Below, piece by piece: positions 1-13,494 of a stretch of DNA of 64,000 nt (its first letter is position 1; every line of letters starts with the position of its first letter). This DNA is from Lama glama (Eukaryota), in NCBI GenBank assembly GCA_028534125.1, contig CM052817.1, positions 78,618,001 to 78,682,000 of the forward strand, read 5' to 3'. The notes under the pieces are model-generated. The model made no database searches. It was not told the DNA's origin and saw nothing but the letters and a program-made list of their open reading frames with translations. Made by a program: the position numbers and the translations under genes.

Positions 1-2128
1 TGTCTAAAGTTTTTTCAAATGTAATTGGTGAAGTCATAGAAGGCTAGGAGATGACAAGCAAAGGTAGACTAATGATTCCAAAAGTAAGGATAATATTTTG
101 AGCTCCAAGTACCTTTTCAGTGGAAACCCTGAGACTCTCATTCTCTCTCTTTGCTTTGCAGGCTCCTGGATGCCTTATGTTCTTTTAATCACTTAAAATG
201 ACCAGATCTACTATAACTTCCCCCTGGATGCCGCCCTTCCCGCTCTTCCCTTCAAGGTCTGGTGGCTTCCTCCACCCACACCCCTAGTGTTGTTGTGCTG
301 CTCCTCTGGCCGCCAAAGTGGCCTGCACTGGAGTTTCTAGGATGATTATTTTCACTGAGACAGAAAGAGTCCTCTTCCAGCTACTGCTTGCATCTCCAAA
401 AGGACAAGGTGTGCCTTCCAGTTTTCTCCAACTCCTTCTCTTGTGAACTTGGGGCAAATCGTCGCAGCAGTGGAAAACAAAGACGTTGAGTAAGAGAGTG
501 CCCTGCTCAAAGTATCTCTTACTTACCAACCAAGAGGAGCCCCAGTTTTTTACCTCACTTCTCCTCTTCCCTAGACAGCCATCTGTCCAACAAGTGGATG
601 CCTCTCAAAACTCAGGGAGAGCTTTTGTCTCCCTTCTTTTGTAACAGTTTTCATTCTTGTGTCTTAGAGTGTGATTTTAGCTTACAGACTTGTGTCTCTG
701 TTTTCCTGTGCTGCCTCGTGTTGTACTTCATTATAAAATAGAGTTCGGGGTGCGCATACACAGTGAGATCTCCTTATCTGGACATATATCTGATATTCAC
801 ACGTAGTGGAAGCCTTCAAAATCTTTGCAATGAATGGAAAGAGTAGTATGTCATTGATTAGTCATGGGATCATCCTAACTCTCTGGTGATATTTTGGGAG
901 ACACAACCTGGCCTCTTAATCCACTCATCTGTTTAGCTTTGAGATTTGATTATACTTCTAGAACCATAAGACTACAAACGACTCACTGAACTCATAGGTA
1001 AGAGAAAGATACATAGCTCATTTCAGTGTCTTCACCCAGGTTGCCAACTGTGAGCTTCAAACACCACAATGTGCAGCAGCTGAGCTGAGACCTGCCTTCT
1101 CATTGCCTAAGAATTTGCTGTTTTTCCAGCCAACTATTCAAACATTTCCCAGGGAATTGTAAACAGAGCCTCATACAACAATGCAACTTTTTTCCCTAAC
1201 AGGAAAAAAAAAAAAAAAAAGAAGAAGAAGAAGGATCGAAACATTCCACAGTTACTACCACTGAAAATTATATAATGGGATTCAAAGAGGAAGCAAGTAA
1301 TTGTATGAGAAAAACTCAAAAGACTTTGAGGCTCAAGCTAATCCCACATCATTATCATCAAAAACAGGGTTTGTTTAGCCCTTTACACTGACAAAGTGCC
1401 TGCACATTTTCACTCACTTTAGTATATTCTTGTCATTTATAGATGAGAAAATAAGATTTTGATAATCCAAATTATATTTTGATAAAGAAATATAGATTAA
1501 CTTTCAAAAAAGGGAAATAAGGAACGGGAAACGAGATCTTTTTTTTTTTAAACTGTGTGGTTACAGAAAGTGTGTGTCAACTTACTGTAGTTTCCAAGAA
1601 GATTTTCCCTCATAATCTTTCAAAGTGTCATAAGTTCATATTACTCTCTGAACCAGCCAAAGCACTTTCCCACGGCTTTTTACCTTGAGAACACCCAGAG
1701 CTAGAATCTGTCCCCAGTCCCTGGGAAATCTTCCCTCAGCTGGTACCAAAGTTATTAAAAGCCAATTCCTAGTGCTGTCTTTTAGTTAAAACCGGAAAGG
1801 CAAGATTGAATCTAAAGACAAGACAATACTCTTAAGCAAATTCTGTTCTGGTGGATCATCTTAAAATGTGGACACTTTTCCTTCCCACCCCCAGGTTGCA
1901 TCCTTGTTCCCAAGCATTGCTGGACATGTACTTGTTTGTCCAGGAAATACATTTCAAGCCTCTCATTCACTTTCTTTGCATTTGAAGATATACAATTACA
2001 GGGTCATAAATTATTTTTCATATGTTAATTTTCTCATAGCGTTAAGACCAGGTCTTGGTTTAGTATAACTTCCATTAACATCCATTTTGGAACTGAATAT
2101 TGTTCTCACTTAGACAGCTATTTGTCCT

Positions 2129-2220
2129 GGGGGAGGGGATAGCTCAGCGGTAGAGTGCATGTTTAAAATGCATGAGGTCCTGGGTTCAATTCCAGTAAAA
2201 AAATTTTTTTTGAAATAAAA
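2129..2220 (+). mobile_element. tRNA-derived short SINE (camelid Vic-1-like)
   Basis: GGGGGAGGGGATAGCTCAGCGGTAGAGTGCATG...GAGGTCCTGGGTTCAATTCCAGT with Pol III A/B boxes and an A/T-rich tail; partial TSD TATTTGTC; homologous to the copies at 13495 and 48192. Confidence 0.85.
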
Positions 2221-3110
2221 TTATTTGTCAGTTGCCTACAAGACTTTCAGTGCTGTCTGTTCACCAGCTTTCTACCTCAACTCTCCCGGAATATTAAAAC
2301 CTTCTTACACACTGATGGAATACCTCCTATTCCTCAATAATGCTTTTCTGTTTCCTCAAAGCAATGAGTCAGTCTGTTTGCTTTTCCTTATAGTAATTCT
2401 CCCTCTTTACTTATTCTTGGCAAAGGCAGAACAAAAAGGGAACATGACATATGTCTCAGGCCTTTTCATTATATCATATTTCTTTTATTCAGCTACACTC
2501 TTCCCATCGCATGAAGTCATAAAGAACTTCATTTCCTCCTCCTGGAAAGGGAGGGAGTCTACCCTACTGTTCTGCTTACTTCATTCGGTGGGGCAGTGAC
2601 AGATGCCCTCCACACTTCCTCTGTCACCAGCTCACCCTTGTCTTCTTCAGAAAGAATTTTTCTTATGCTTTTTTTTCAGTCCCATCACTATCTCAGTGAG
2701 AACGTGAAATTTTTGTTTGTTCTGAATGTAGGATTTCCTTTGGCAGAGGGTTATCGCAAATAGTATTTCAGCAGAGATTCCAGCTGGAAACTAAGCTGTG
2801 TTTACTGAAGGAATCAAATAGTTGGAGATACTTCAGATGACAATGGAGGAGGATATGACAGAAGTCTGTGAGAAAAAGAGAGACTTCTGGGGATGGCTCC
2901 TGGGAGGCCTCACCCTCAGAGAGAGAGAGAGAGGACAAAGCCACAGCAGCTTGGTCCCAGAGTGATGCTTTAAGCCAGAAAGGCTTAAATGATGCTCTGA
3001 CAGCAGCATCATTCCTAACACCAGCTTGAGAGCTCGGGTGCAGTCGCCAAATGATTCTTATATGAGGGGGGTGGGGAGCTAAAAGCACCATGTACACGGC
3101 AATGTTCAAG

Positions 3111-3287
3111 TTCAGACAGATCTAGGATGAGGTCCAAAATCCAATTCTACTGGCTGTAGGACCATGAGAAAATTATTTAGCCTCACTGAACCTCAGTTTT
3201 CCTATCTAGATAAGGATTAAATGGGTTGATGTATAGAAATGCTTTGCAAACAGCCAACCCAGAGTGGTCACTCAATAGATGGCAGCT
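3111..3287 (+). mobile_element. MIR SINE
   Basis: Core-like CCTCACTGAACCTCAGTTTTCCTATCT and 3' end CACTCAATAGATGGCAGCT. Confidence 0.7.
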
Positions 3288-3639
3288 AAAATCCAAACCA
3301 CGGAAAATCAAAAAGACTGTTAAACATACCTCTGACAAACACTGACTGCGTGAAGTACCACTGGGGACCCGTGTAGCTAAAGTTGGGGGAGGGGAAATCT
3401 TTCCACTGAAGTGGAGAGAGTAGTAGTGTTTAGCTGCATTTGGGCTCTGGAGAACATATCGGAATATTAGGCTGACTTGGCACAGTGGGTGGTACCACGA
3501 TGATGCATTCGAGCATGCTACAGCGGACATCTAGAAGCCGCAGTGATGGGTGAGCATCTGACAACCAGTGGCAGTCACCAGCTTTAGGATACGTTACTGG
3601 GTTTGTGAGTGTACATTCAACAGTCCCCTGTAGACTTTG

Positions 3640-4280
3640 AGAATATTTGTGAAGGATTCTGGAGATAAGTTAACCTGGGAGATGGGCAATGGAAAGTTGT
3701 GGGGGGGAATTAAGCAGTTTTAGCAAGAAAGATACTGAATTCACCTTTGAAAATGCTGAGTGAAGTTGATGTGAATATAGAAAAGAACTCCATGTTTAGT
3801 AAGTGTCCCCATGTCATAAGTCATCAGCATGTATCTTGTAGTTAATGAGCCAAGGACTATGGACAGATCTCTGGGTGACATTGATATAACCCAGGCAGGT
3901 GATGTAAGAGAAGTCAGTGAAGGTGAGTGAGAAGATCAGAGGAAAACAGGGAGGGTTTGGGGGGATAATTTTATAGATGTCAATGGAGTAAGACATTTTA
4001 AGAAAGTTGAATTCATGAATGGTGTCAAATGCAAATGAGAGGACAAGTGAAAAAATCAGATGCAAAATGACCACAGATTTATCAAGGTAGAGCTTGTCAG
4101 TGGTGTGACGGGGCCAGAAAGTCTTAGATGCCATGATCACTAAGCTTGGCTATGATGTGTAAGAGCAAGTTAGAACATTACCCACAAAAGAATATGAGGT
4201 GTTATCTATGTTCAAAAGCGGAGGAGACTTGAACATCTTTTAAGCTGGTAAGAGGTGATGGAGAGACTGAAGATACAGTA
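3640..4280 (-). mobile_element. L2 LINE fragment
   Basis: Purine-rich degraded sequence with L2-antisense motifs (CATCAGCATGTA, GGTGTCAAATGCAAATGAGAGGACAAGTGA, GACCACAGATTT); boundaries approximate. Confidence 0.55.
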
Positions 4281-5255
4281 GCCCAAACACAGTTTAGAGA
4301 TTAGTTTCATAATGTGGTGACTCAAACTCAGCTCAGTCTTCATCACTACTCAGCAACTCACTTTAGTTTTGCACCTCTCTCCTGTCTCTCTGTCTCTCAA
4401 TGTCCATGTCATATCTTCCCCTGTTTCAAACACTGGACCTTACCTGGTACTCTCTCACTTTCTTAGCTAGATGTCTTTAGTTCACACTTCAGGTGGAAAA
4501 AAAAAATCAGCCAGGAATCTGCTCTTCTTTGCCTGGATATGTATAGGAAAATGAGCAAAGTTCCTCGAGGAAGTAATAAGGGAAACAGTATCTTTAAGAG
4601 ATACAGAGGCTCCCGTCAAGTCCCCAAATAGAGAACTAATTAACCAGAGGGCGGCAATAAGGATGTAGGAGTGGTCTTCAGCATACAAGGAGGAATCCAG
4701 AAGACAATGAACAGAATGGGGAGGGAAGTCAGTCATGAGCAAATGAGTCTTAGGGGCTGAGACTCAGAGAACATGAGGGTCAGGGTACCGGAGGGATTCA
4801 AGTTCTCTTCATTAACTTTCTTTCTGGGATAGACAAGACGGCCGCTAGAGAAAAGAACACATTCCCATGAGGGGAGGAAGCCCTTGCTGGGAGTTAGAGG
4901 TGTATGTATGAGGGTTGGGAGTGGGGGCCAGAAGAGAAGAAAGGGAGGGGAGAGAAGTCTCCTTGGCCTCTCATCGTTAGCAGAGAGTCACTTCTAACTT
5001 GGAAAAGAAGTACTTCATTTTCAGAAGTGAGTTTCTAAGCCAGAAGAAGTGCATAGATATAGAACACACAAAATACTATTTGTTCATTGAATGAATGAAA
5101 GAAAGAGGTACAGGGGTAGCCACAACATATGAAGTGAAGAAGAGGCAGGTTTAACAAAACAGGGTGCGTGCACACGTGCGTGTGTGTGACAGAAGGAGAA
5201 AGTAAGTTCCCAAATGCCCAGATGGCCTCTAGCAGGGAGTGCTTGGAGAGGGTTT

Positions 5256-5415
5256 CAGAGGCCAGTACATGTTTGGTGAGGCCTGAGGCTTATACAATTC
5301 CAGGGCCTCCTTTAAGAGAAAAAAGATGCAAATTTATGAATGCAAATTAGATACAAAAGTAAATATTTGTTCTGGGAATGCAAGCTTCACTAGCTGCACA
5401 AGAAATCTGTCTCTA
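5256..5415 (+). mobile_element. hAT-family non-autonomous DNA transposon (MER53-like)
   Basis: GGCCTGAGGCTTATACAATT..GGGCCTCCTTTAAGA and AAGCTTCACTAGCTGCACAAGAAATCTGTCTCT match recalled MER53 ends. Confidence 0.65.
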
Positions 5416-6559
5416 CATGGTTCTTAGAGTTTTCTCAGAGCTTAGGATAGCTTTTCCACAGTGAGCATGAAGTACCTTAGAAATAAGAACCAAAGTAGGA
5501 GGTACATAAATGTTTCTAATGTCAGTCATGCTCTCTCATTTACTTACATTAGAATTTTTTGAAGTGATCATTAGAGACGTTCCTAACCAGAAGGGTGGCA
5601 GAGCTTAAGAGCTTATGCTGTCATTTATAATATATTTCTAGAAAGTCACCCACAAAAGTCCTAGCTTGAGCTTCCCCTTGAATTTTATTTGCCTACATAA
5701 ATCACCATAGACAAATATCTTGAAACAAGAGGAAATTCAAACAACTCCTTTAATCAGGAAAATCTTACTTTTCCTTTGAAAAATGGACATGAGGTGTGCT
5801 GATTTTTAGTAACCCTGTTTAAGCGGGTTTACATAAATTAGATGACCTCCTTCCCCAAAAAATGAGTTGTCGCTGCATTAAGCATTCTTACCGAGGGCAT
5901 GAGCTCTGCCCCCTTTCCTGTGCTCGCAGTCGCCTGATATCACACTCTGAACTGGAAGGACCTTCTGTTGAAGGGTTTCTTTAGTAACAGGAAGTGACTG
6001 TGTAAGAGAAGATTATACTGGTTCACTTTGTCCTCTCAGTCATCAAGGAAGTCTGTTACTGTAAATGACGTGGGGACTGTCCCCATATCTTCCTCTCGGT
6101 GAACACGCTCTTGAAAGGTGTGTGGAGAGAAAGTAGAAAGAAGGTGTTTTCTTACCTTGACAGAACACAGACTTCTGTAGCTTGGCATGGCCCGTGGGGG
6201 GAACCCTTTGGGATCAGGAGAAGCACTCCTCTCAATCAGATCGCAGATTGTATTATCCAGCTCCACGCTTTCACATCTACCCGGGAGACACGGGAGAGTC
6301 AGGTTTTACAAAGGTCATTAAAAATTGTTACGCGACTGTGAATGACTCGGAGGTGCTATTTGTGTACGATATCCCTCTAGAATCTCCAGATCTCTAATCT
6401 CATTTTATATTCGTTAGCTGCTGCCATGAGAGCACTTCAAAGACTATGAGAGTTTAATTTTCACTTACTTGCACATGGATTCAAAGTAATAAAGTAAGAT
6501 ACCAACAGGCTGACGAATTTTCACGGTCTGAAGACAGTGACCAGAACCGAGCGTGCACA

Positions 6560-6770
6560 GTGAGCCTGAGCTTTACATACATTTTCTTACTCAGCGGGCA
6601 CAATCATCCATGGCAGTAGTCGGCATTCCCTGCATTTTACAGACGCGCAAACTTGAACCTAGGAAGTTAACCAAGTGACTAATTTATGTGAAACAAGCTG
6701 CAAAACATTGGCAGGGCCAAGATCAGACTCAGATCTGTAGGATTCTATAGCTTGTCTCTTGACCATTTTT
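6560..6770 (-). mobile_element. MIR SINE
   Basis: CATTTTACAGACGCGCAAACT...AAGTTAA...GGCAGGGCCAAGATCAGACTCAGATCTG resembles antisense MIR. Confidence 0.55.
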
Positions 6771-7109
6771 GCTCTGTTTCCAATTAACCTGAGAACAAAT
6801 CCCTAAGCAATTATTTGCCACCAAATGGAAATAGTATATTAAAGCCAAAGAGTATCTGGAAGTTACTTTAATGACAATCTAGTCCAACTTGTACCATTTA
6901 TCTGAGAACCTGAATGAATTGCTCACATTCCCATGACAATTAACTGATAACGTCAAGATTTAAATCAGATTTTCTGACTCAAGTCCATTTTTCTTTCCCT
7001 TAGATCATGTTGGCTTGATGGAGAAATTTTCTCATAAAAAATACAGTTCATGAGAAAAATGCATTCATTTTGTGATTTTTTTCTTTACTTTTTTTTTGCC
7101 TGCCTCACC

Positions 7110-7620
7110 ATTTTTCACCCCCTAAAAAATAACCCCTTGGATTGAGGTAGCAGTTCTTTCAGGAGCACTTTTAAAAGGTGTCTCCAAGTAAAATAAATAT
7201 GTAGGTGGGCGACGTAATCACATGGGCTCTCTGCCCAGTCCTTTACCTCCTTTGAGAATGGCTCCCAGAAGGGGGCTCTGACAGCCATGCTTGCTGACAC
7301 TACTTGACTTCACTTCCGTGGTTATAACTGATTGGACCAAGAGTAAACAACCAATCCTGGCTTGGCCAGTGAGACCCTCTTCTCTGCACAGAGGGAGCTA
7401 AGAATGAAGCAAATGGGTCGGGAAAGGCAGAGCAGTGAGACGGAGTCCTGGCAATTTTCTAGTCCTGAATCAGCCCTTTGTAAACCATGAATGCCCTTCT
7501 ACCTTTACATTCTGCTAATCACCCTAAATCTTTACAATGAATTAGCTTTGTCTTTTTTTTCTGAAGCTAGCTTTTTGGTGTCTGTTATTTATAATAGAAA
7601 AAAAATCTCTAAATAATACA
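7110..7620 (+). mobile_element. ERVL-class solo LTR (LTR33-like)
   Basis: CTGATTGGACCAAGAG...CTTGGCCAGTGAGA and 3' end GAAGCTAGC...TCTGTTATTTATAATAG...CTAAATAATACA. Confidence 0.5.
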
Positions 7621-8074
7621 CCTCAACCCTTCTATTTTATATTTATTTATTCTCTCTCTTGGGCTGTGTAATATTGGCACTTCGTGTCCCACATATGATG
7701 CCACCATATATAACAAGCTACTGGGTGTACAGTAAACCCCTCGTGGCTCAAACGTTCGTCATGCATAACATTGAGTTCAGATCGATCCTCATGGCTTCTC
7801 ACAACTCTCAGAGAAGAGTCACAAAATTCCTTTAATAACTGCCCCAAATCCTTCAGGTTAATTAGATTCCCAATTAATGAATTAGTCCAATGGAATTGGA
7901 CTAGACTGAATGCCAAGCCCCCGAGGCAGCTTTCTGACCTATTCTGAACCAGACTTGCCTGCCAAGAGGTCGCAACAGTTTCTGGTACTATGTTCCACTG
8001 TGGCAAACATGTTACAGAATCCAAATCCCAGAGGGGATCATTTTGAGATTACCCACTGTGACCTCCTCGTTCCA

Positions 8075-8515
8075 AAATGATCCAGCTCCCTTGCTCTGCT
8101 TCTGAGCTCATCTTCTATTCCCCTCCGCCCTGCCTTTTTCTTCCAGGCCCCATCACAGTGTCCAGAGCATGCCAAGCATGCTTCCCACACCGAGGCTTGG
8201 TGTGTGCCCTTTCCTCCCCCCGTGCCACTCAGAGCCTGCCTCGCATGTCACTTTATCACGAAAGCCTCTGCTGATCAACTCACCTGAAGTAGCTTTCTCA
8301 CACCCATCACTACTGGCCCTTCATTCTGTTTTATTTTCTCCTTAGAATTTGGTATTATTTTGATTTCATATTTGTTTACTGTTCCTCTCCCCAGCTCCCA
8401 TACAGGCCTCACACCTGCCCCGTAAAAGAAGGGCCTTTGTCTGCTTTTATTCACTGCTCTGTTTCTTGGCACAGACTGTGACCTCCCTCAATAAATATTT
8501 GCTATTGAATAAATG
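8075..8515 (+). mobile_element. L2 LINE 3' end
   Basis: Pyrimidine-rich body ending TTCACTGCTCTGTTTC...CTCAATAAATATTTGCTATTGAATAAATG. Confidence 0.75.
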
Positions 8516-9364
8516 TGACTCCATGATGAAGTTTAATTCAAAACATTAACTCAAATCTTACAGCGAATTACTTATTTAAGATGTGTGCAAATAATCTCAA
8601 ACTCACAAGACCAGTAAAGTTGGGACAAAACTCATTAAGCAAGGAGACATTAACAGCAGCTTTAGCATGGACACGTGAGCCTAGCGGTTACTGCCGTCGT
8701 GTGTGCTTTTACACTTGAATTATGTGCCTTCTTCGATACTCAGCAATCATTCATTGAGTATCCACTATTGCAGGGTCCCGACTTTTCGCAGCAATAATCA
8801 TAGTCAGTGATGATCAGCACAGTATCTCAGCTTTAGTGGTGAATATGCTTAGAGGCCAATGGCCGCCTTTTCGTGTCTTATTAGGACACGTCAGCAAAGG
8901 TTCTGCCTCAGAAGAGGGGCCCTGCTCCCTGCCCTGAGAGCGGGGTTCACACCCGTCCCTCAGAACAATAGCCAAAGCGGGAGGGGCCCTTGTGGAACAT
9001 GTGGGCTCCTGGTCTTGAAGCAGAGTGAGCCTCTCTGGTGACCAGAGCTTCAGTGACTTTGACCCCCATGGAAAGAGCAGACGTGATGGCAAAGAGGAAG
9101 AGAAGCAGGCAGTGGGGACCGGAGGTGGGGAGCTTCTGGTCACAGCTGTGGGGATGGGGTGTCTCAGCGCTGACCACTTGTGGCAGGGACAGCGTTCGGC
9201 CCCAGGAGCCCAGCTCGGAGCTGAAGGGCCATGGGTGGGATGGAGCTAAGAGATTATAGCTCAGCCAGGACTTGGTGCTTCGTTCGCTTCTCAGGGCCAT
9301 TGCCGACATCATTGTCATCACTAATGACTGCGCCTCAGAACTTCCAAGTGAAGCTCTGAAAGAA

Positions 9365-9560
9365 GCATTATGATGCAGTAGAATGGAGAAAACAGGCTTT
9401 TAGGGTTGAACATAACAGTGGACCTAGGGTAAGTCTCTCACTTTCTATGGCCTGGTTTATAGGAAGAGAAAAACAATGCTGCACCGTGAGGCTGGCAGCA
9501 GGACCAGTGACAACACACGTCAGGGCGCAGCACCAGACCTAGGTCCTTACTGACTGATGC
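9365..9560 (+). mobile_element. degraded MIR
   Basis: AGCATTATGATGCAGTAG...GACCTAGGGTAAGTCTCTCACTTTCT; weak match. Confidence 0.4.
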
Positions 9561-10239
9561 CACTGCTCTTACTCTGAGGATCTGGCCCACTGAACATTCT
9601 AACAAATAAGTTTGGAAAGTAGGAACCACAAATGTAGTATGTCGCTGAAAATAAAAATAATTTTAAAAGCACAAAAATTTTGGTTAAAAACACAATCAGC
9701 AGGTTTAGTCACACCTTGGATAAAGGCTACGTTACCACTTGGGTTTTATGGAATTCTTCTCAAATCTTTTAGATTATTCTTTAACATAAGAATTTAGTGA
9801 ATGAAAATAGTTTTATATTGTTTTTAACTAGTGAAATTCATTACGTTTCATGAATTTTAATAGGCCTTAGAGTTATTTTACAAGAGAAAGTACTATTTAT
9901 CCAGGTTGATTTCTTTCCTATAAAGCTCTAAATTCTGACAATTGAAAGAAAGAATTAATAAAAGTTGCAAACTCTCCTTTTCTCTTCAGATCATTAAATA
10001 ATTGCACACAGCAAAATTATATTCTTAATATAACATTATGGCCCAAGGTTTGGAGTAGAGTTAAAAAAAAAAAACTACCAAACTTTTAAATGCAAATAGA
10101 ACAAATCCTACGTAACCTTGCATCAGTTTTCCTGCATACCTATTATCCTTACTTTAGGATCTGTTCCCTGGTTCTACTCAGCTGATTAGGTGAGGGGTGC
10201 AGCTCCACTTGCCCTTACTCTGGGCCCTATCCCTTAGCC

Positions 10240-10370
10240 ACCTATTTTTTCAGATAAGAAATGTGAGCCTCAGTGAGGTTAAGTTAAGTACCTTTTCTTA
10301 AGGTCACTTGACTTATGAGGGGCAGGGTAAGTACGCACTCTGAAGCCCATGGCTTTTTAATTTACCATTG
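10240..10370 (-). mobile_element. MIR fragment
   Basis: ATTTTTTCAGATAAGAAATGTGAGCCTCAGTGAGGTTAAG...AAGGTCAC. Confidence 0.6.
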
Positions 10371-12009
10371 GGTTGCTAGTGATTTTAGGAAGTGTGACTA
10401 CAGCAGGACCACAGAGGACTGTGTCATTCCCAACTAACTGGGCTTAGGTTTTCCATTATAAGGGCCATTTCTGCTTCATTTCCAAAGAAAACAGCCGACT
10501 GGTGCCCACAGCTGACCTGCGGCTGACCTATAAAGTCAGGTATCAGGAGAGGCTTAGAGACAAGCTATGAGGACCAGGTGCTTCACCAACAGCCTGTCTT
10601 TTATGTGGCCCCTGTTTTCCTAAGTTTGGAGTCCTGAACCAGAGTCCAGGATGAGATGCAGCGGGTTCATGAATCATCCTAAATCAAACTAAATACAAAA
10701 TTAAGTATGTTGTAATTGTCTCTTTCTGAAGAGAGGTCTATAGTTTTTTCTTGACCTCTCCCGTCATGAACCCATGTTAATTTATTGCCATGAGTGACTA
10801 CTTTAAATTTGAATCTCAACATCATTTGTCTGAGTACATTTTGATTTAAAAAAAAATTTAGCACAAAAGAACTGTGAAAATTCAGAAACGACTCTGAATC
10901 AATTAACTAAAATCCTGATTTGAGGTGGCCTCCTTAGGAAATTGCAAGTAAACAGAATTATAGAGGCGGTACTGTTAGGCTGAGAGCTCTCCTAGTAGTG
11001 ACACAAATCAGTGAAGCCCAGTAAATTCCTGCTGGGCCTTTGGCTTATTCATTGCTTGTTTTAAACTTGCACGGATATTAATGTCCTTCGTTACTATTCC
11101 TCCTTCCTACTCTTCACCCACAAGAATAAAGCAACCTGGAAAGTAAATAGAAATGATATTAATATGAATTAGATTTTAACAATAGAATAGTAGGCTAAGC
11201 CAATGTGACCATGAAGCTTTTTTCACAAATAGTTTTCCCTAAGTTATATATGACGTGTGAACTGTTTTCCCCTAAACTGCCGTTGGGAGGTGATGATCTG
11301 CCCGGTAACCCGGTGAGAAACCAGAGAAAACAGGGAAAGAGGGGAATGTGTTTCAGGTCTACTTGGAGCCCTCAGACTTTTATTCCATATTCAAGAGTCT
11401 CCAGTACAGAAGCCTCCAAAAAATTATTCAATAAAGCAAGCGAGGGACACAGCATGTCTTTGTGTGCTATTGTTTAATAGGCTTATTTAAGGTTTAATTA
11501 TTTAAATGTTACTATTTGATTAGAGCCTAGACATTGTTCATTTGTAGAATCCTCACTATAGAAGAGATAATCTCAATGATTTTGGCTTACTGCCTTATAA
11601 GGCATTACCAGGTTTTAAACATAATCTAAACATCTTATTCTAATATTCCTTTATTAAATTGCCTGTAAATACCCAGTTCTTCAAATACTCTTTGAGCAAG
11701 CCTTCTTATCTTTCTGGATACCTCATTAACCACTGAGCTGAATTAAAACAGTTGACATGCATTCATTTTATATTTGTAGGACAGTCATATTTTCAACTTT
11801 TTGTGCCTTGTACATGAACGCCGCTGGCTATCTGTACTTAAAGACCACAGAATGTCTAGTCACTGATAATGTCTTCTGGTGAGCGTGCGACCCAAAACCA
11901 CCAGACTTGATTTTTATGGTTACGTGCTACGGTTGCCTCATTATTCTTGACAAGTAGTGCAAATTCCTTAAAAAAATTTATATTTAATAGACAAAACAGA
12001 AACCACAAT

Positions 12010-12135
12010 CTTGGAAATAACCTGAAGATCATTTAATTCCTCTCCTGCTTCTAGAAGACAGAGAAATGAGGCTCAGAGGGGTTAAATGGCAGATAGCAAA
12101 GCCAGGGCAAGAATTAGGGACACTAGGGTTTTTTC
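12010..12135 (-). mobile_element. MIR (MIR3-like) fragment
   Basis: AGAGAAATGAGGCTCAGAGGGGTTAAATGG...GCCAGGGCAAGAATT. Confidence 0.55.
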
Positions 12136-13494
12136 TTCTTACACACACTCGCCCACCTCAAATGTCCACATTTCCTCCCAGGCTGCTGCCAAGGTCACAT
12201 TTAATGCTTTGATCTTCCTTCACAAGCCAAGTGTTTTTAGGGAAGATTCTGGAGAACAAAGCATATTTTCAAATACAAGACAAGGAAAAATCAATAGCAG
12301 GTTCTTCTCTAAAGGAAATGCTTCCAGATGTTCAAAGACCAGGAATTGTAACCTCTGGGGACCCAGAATGAGAAGTGTTGTCTATAAACCTACAATCAAG
12401 CAGTAACTTGTAGGTTTTACTTTTTGTCATTATGATCAGTACTCAGCGTGCACTCCTGGCTACTTGGGGGAGGAACAAACTCTCAATAAAGAAGTTACTC
12501 TGTGTAAATGTGTTTTAGACCCACAAGTCATGGCGTTTTAAGTATTTTAGTCATTGGGAACTTTAACATTTGTGATTTAGGAGGTAATGGGAGAGAAAAG
12601 GTTTGCTCACAGAATTTTGGAAGTAGCTTTGGCCTCAGGCAAGAATGAGTATTCCTAGAGTTTAGCCCAAGGCCATATGTCTAAAAGTGGTCTTTGCAAG
12701 TCTGAAAGGAAAGCCCAGAGGATAGGGATAGTTCTTATAAACTCAGGCTCTGTTGCTGCCCTCAATCTGCATTCTTGGCTGGATCCCTGTTTACTTCCTC
12801 TCTGCTTTTGTGATGTGCCAGGTAGCTGAACTGAGGTCAGGGACCCGAGCCAGACCTCTCATGGCTGCGCCCTGGAGGAACTGGCGGGCAGAGGAGCCAG
12901 GCTGGAGCAGAGATAAAGCGCTGCTGCAGGTGCTGATCAGATCGCGAAAGGTTACAGGTCTGCACAGGCTGTAGGACCCACATCCCCTACAACTCTCCTG
13001 CGGAGATAGGTTTGGCCTCCTTATTGGAACTGTTCTGCACCAGCGAGACATTCTCATCCACAAGGGCAGAGTGACAGACTGAGACAGGGTACAGCGTCTA
13101 TGGACACACACAGTTTTCGACTGAAGATACTCTGGTACATGCACAACTTGGCCTTTTTGCCTGGCTAAATGCCGTTCTCATCTTAAACCTGGGATGGAAA
13201 CTGCACCCGAGATTGCACGAGGTGTTCCAGCCATGTATTTCCATGGCAACCTGTATTCCCCCACTCCGCGGCTTATTACACCTGATTGTAACGGCGTGTC
13301 TACTCGCATGTCTCCTCCATTAGATGAGACCTTCCTGGAGGCAGGCACAAGTTCATCGTCTCTCCAGAGCCTCCCAGTGATTATTTAATGTTTGACAAGA
13401 GAACAAATAGTCAAAGACAACTAGGCCTGAGGTCAACAAGGATACCAGGTAGTACTGAAGGAGGGGAAGCTTGTATTAAAAAGTCCCACGTAAA

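Noticed and set aside
2129..2196. tRNA gene (also 13495 and 48192)
   Set aside because: A/B boxes are present, but the copies have A-rich tails, TSDs and divergent bodies, which indicates SINEs.
2740..3620. Possible ancient LTR or Gypsy-like fragments flanking the MIR
   Set aside because: Resemblance is too vague to name or bound.
4912..4950. G-quadruplex candidates (also about 22120 and 55895)
   Set aside because: Long or irregular loops; common in mammalian DNA and without supporting context.
12795..12979. Minus-strand coding exon within ORF 12791-13144
   Set aside because: Weak acceptor tract, weak donor (AA|GTAAAC) and an unrecognised peptide.
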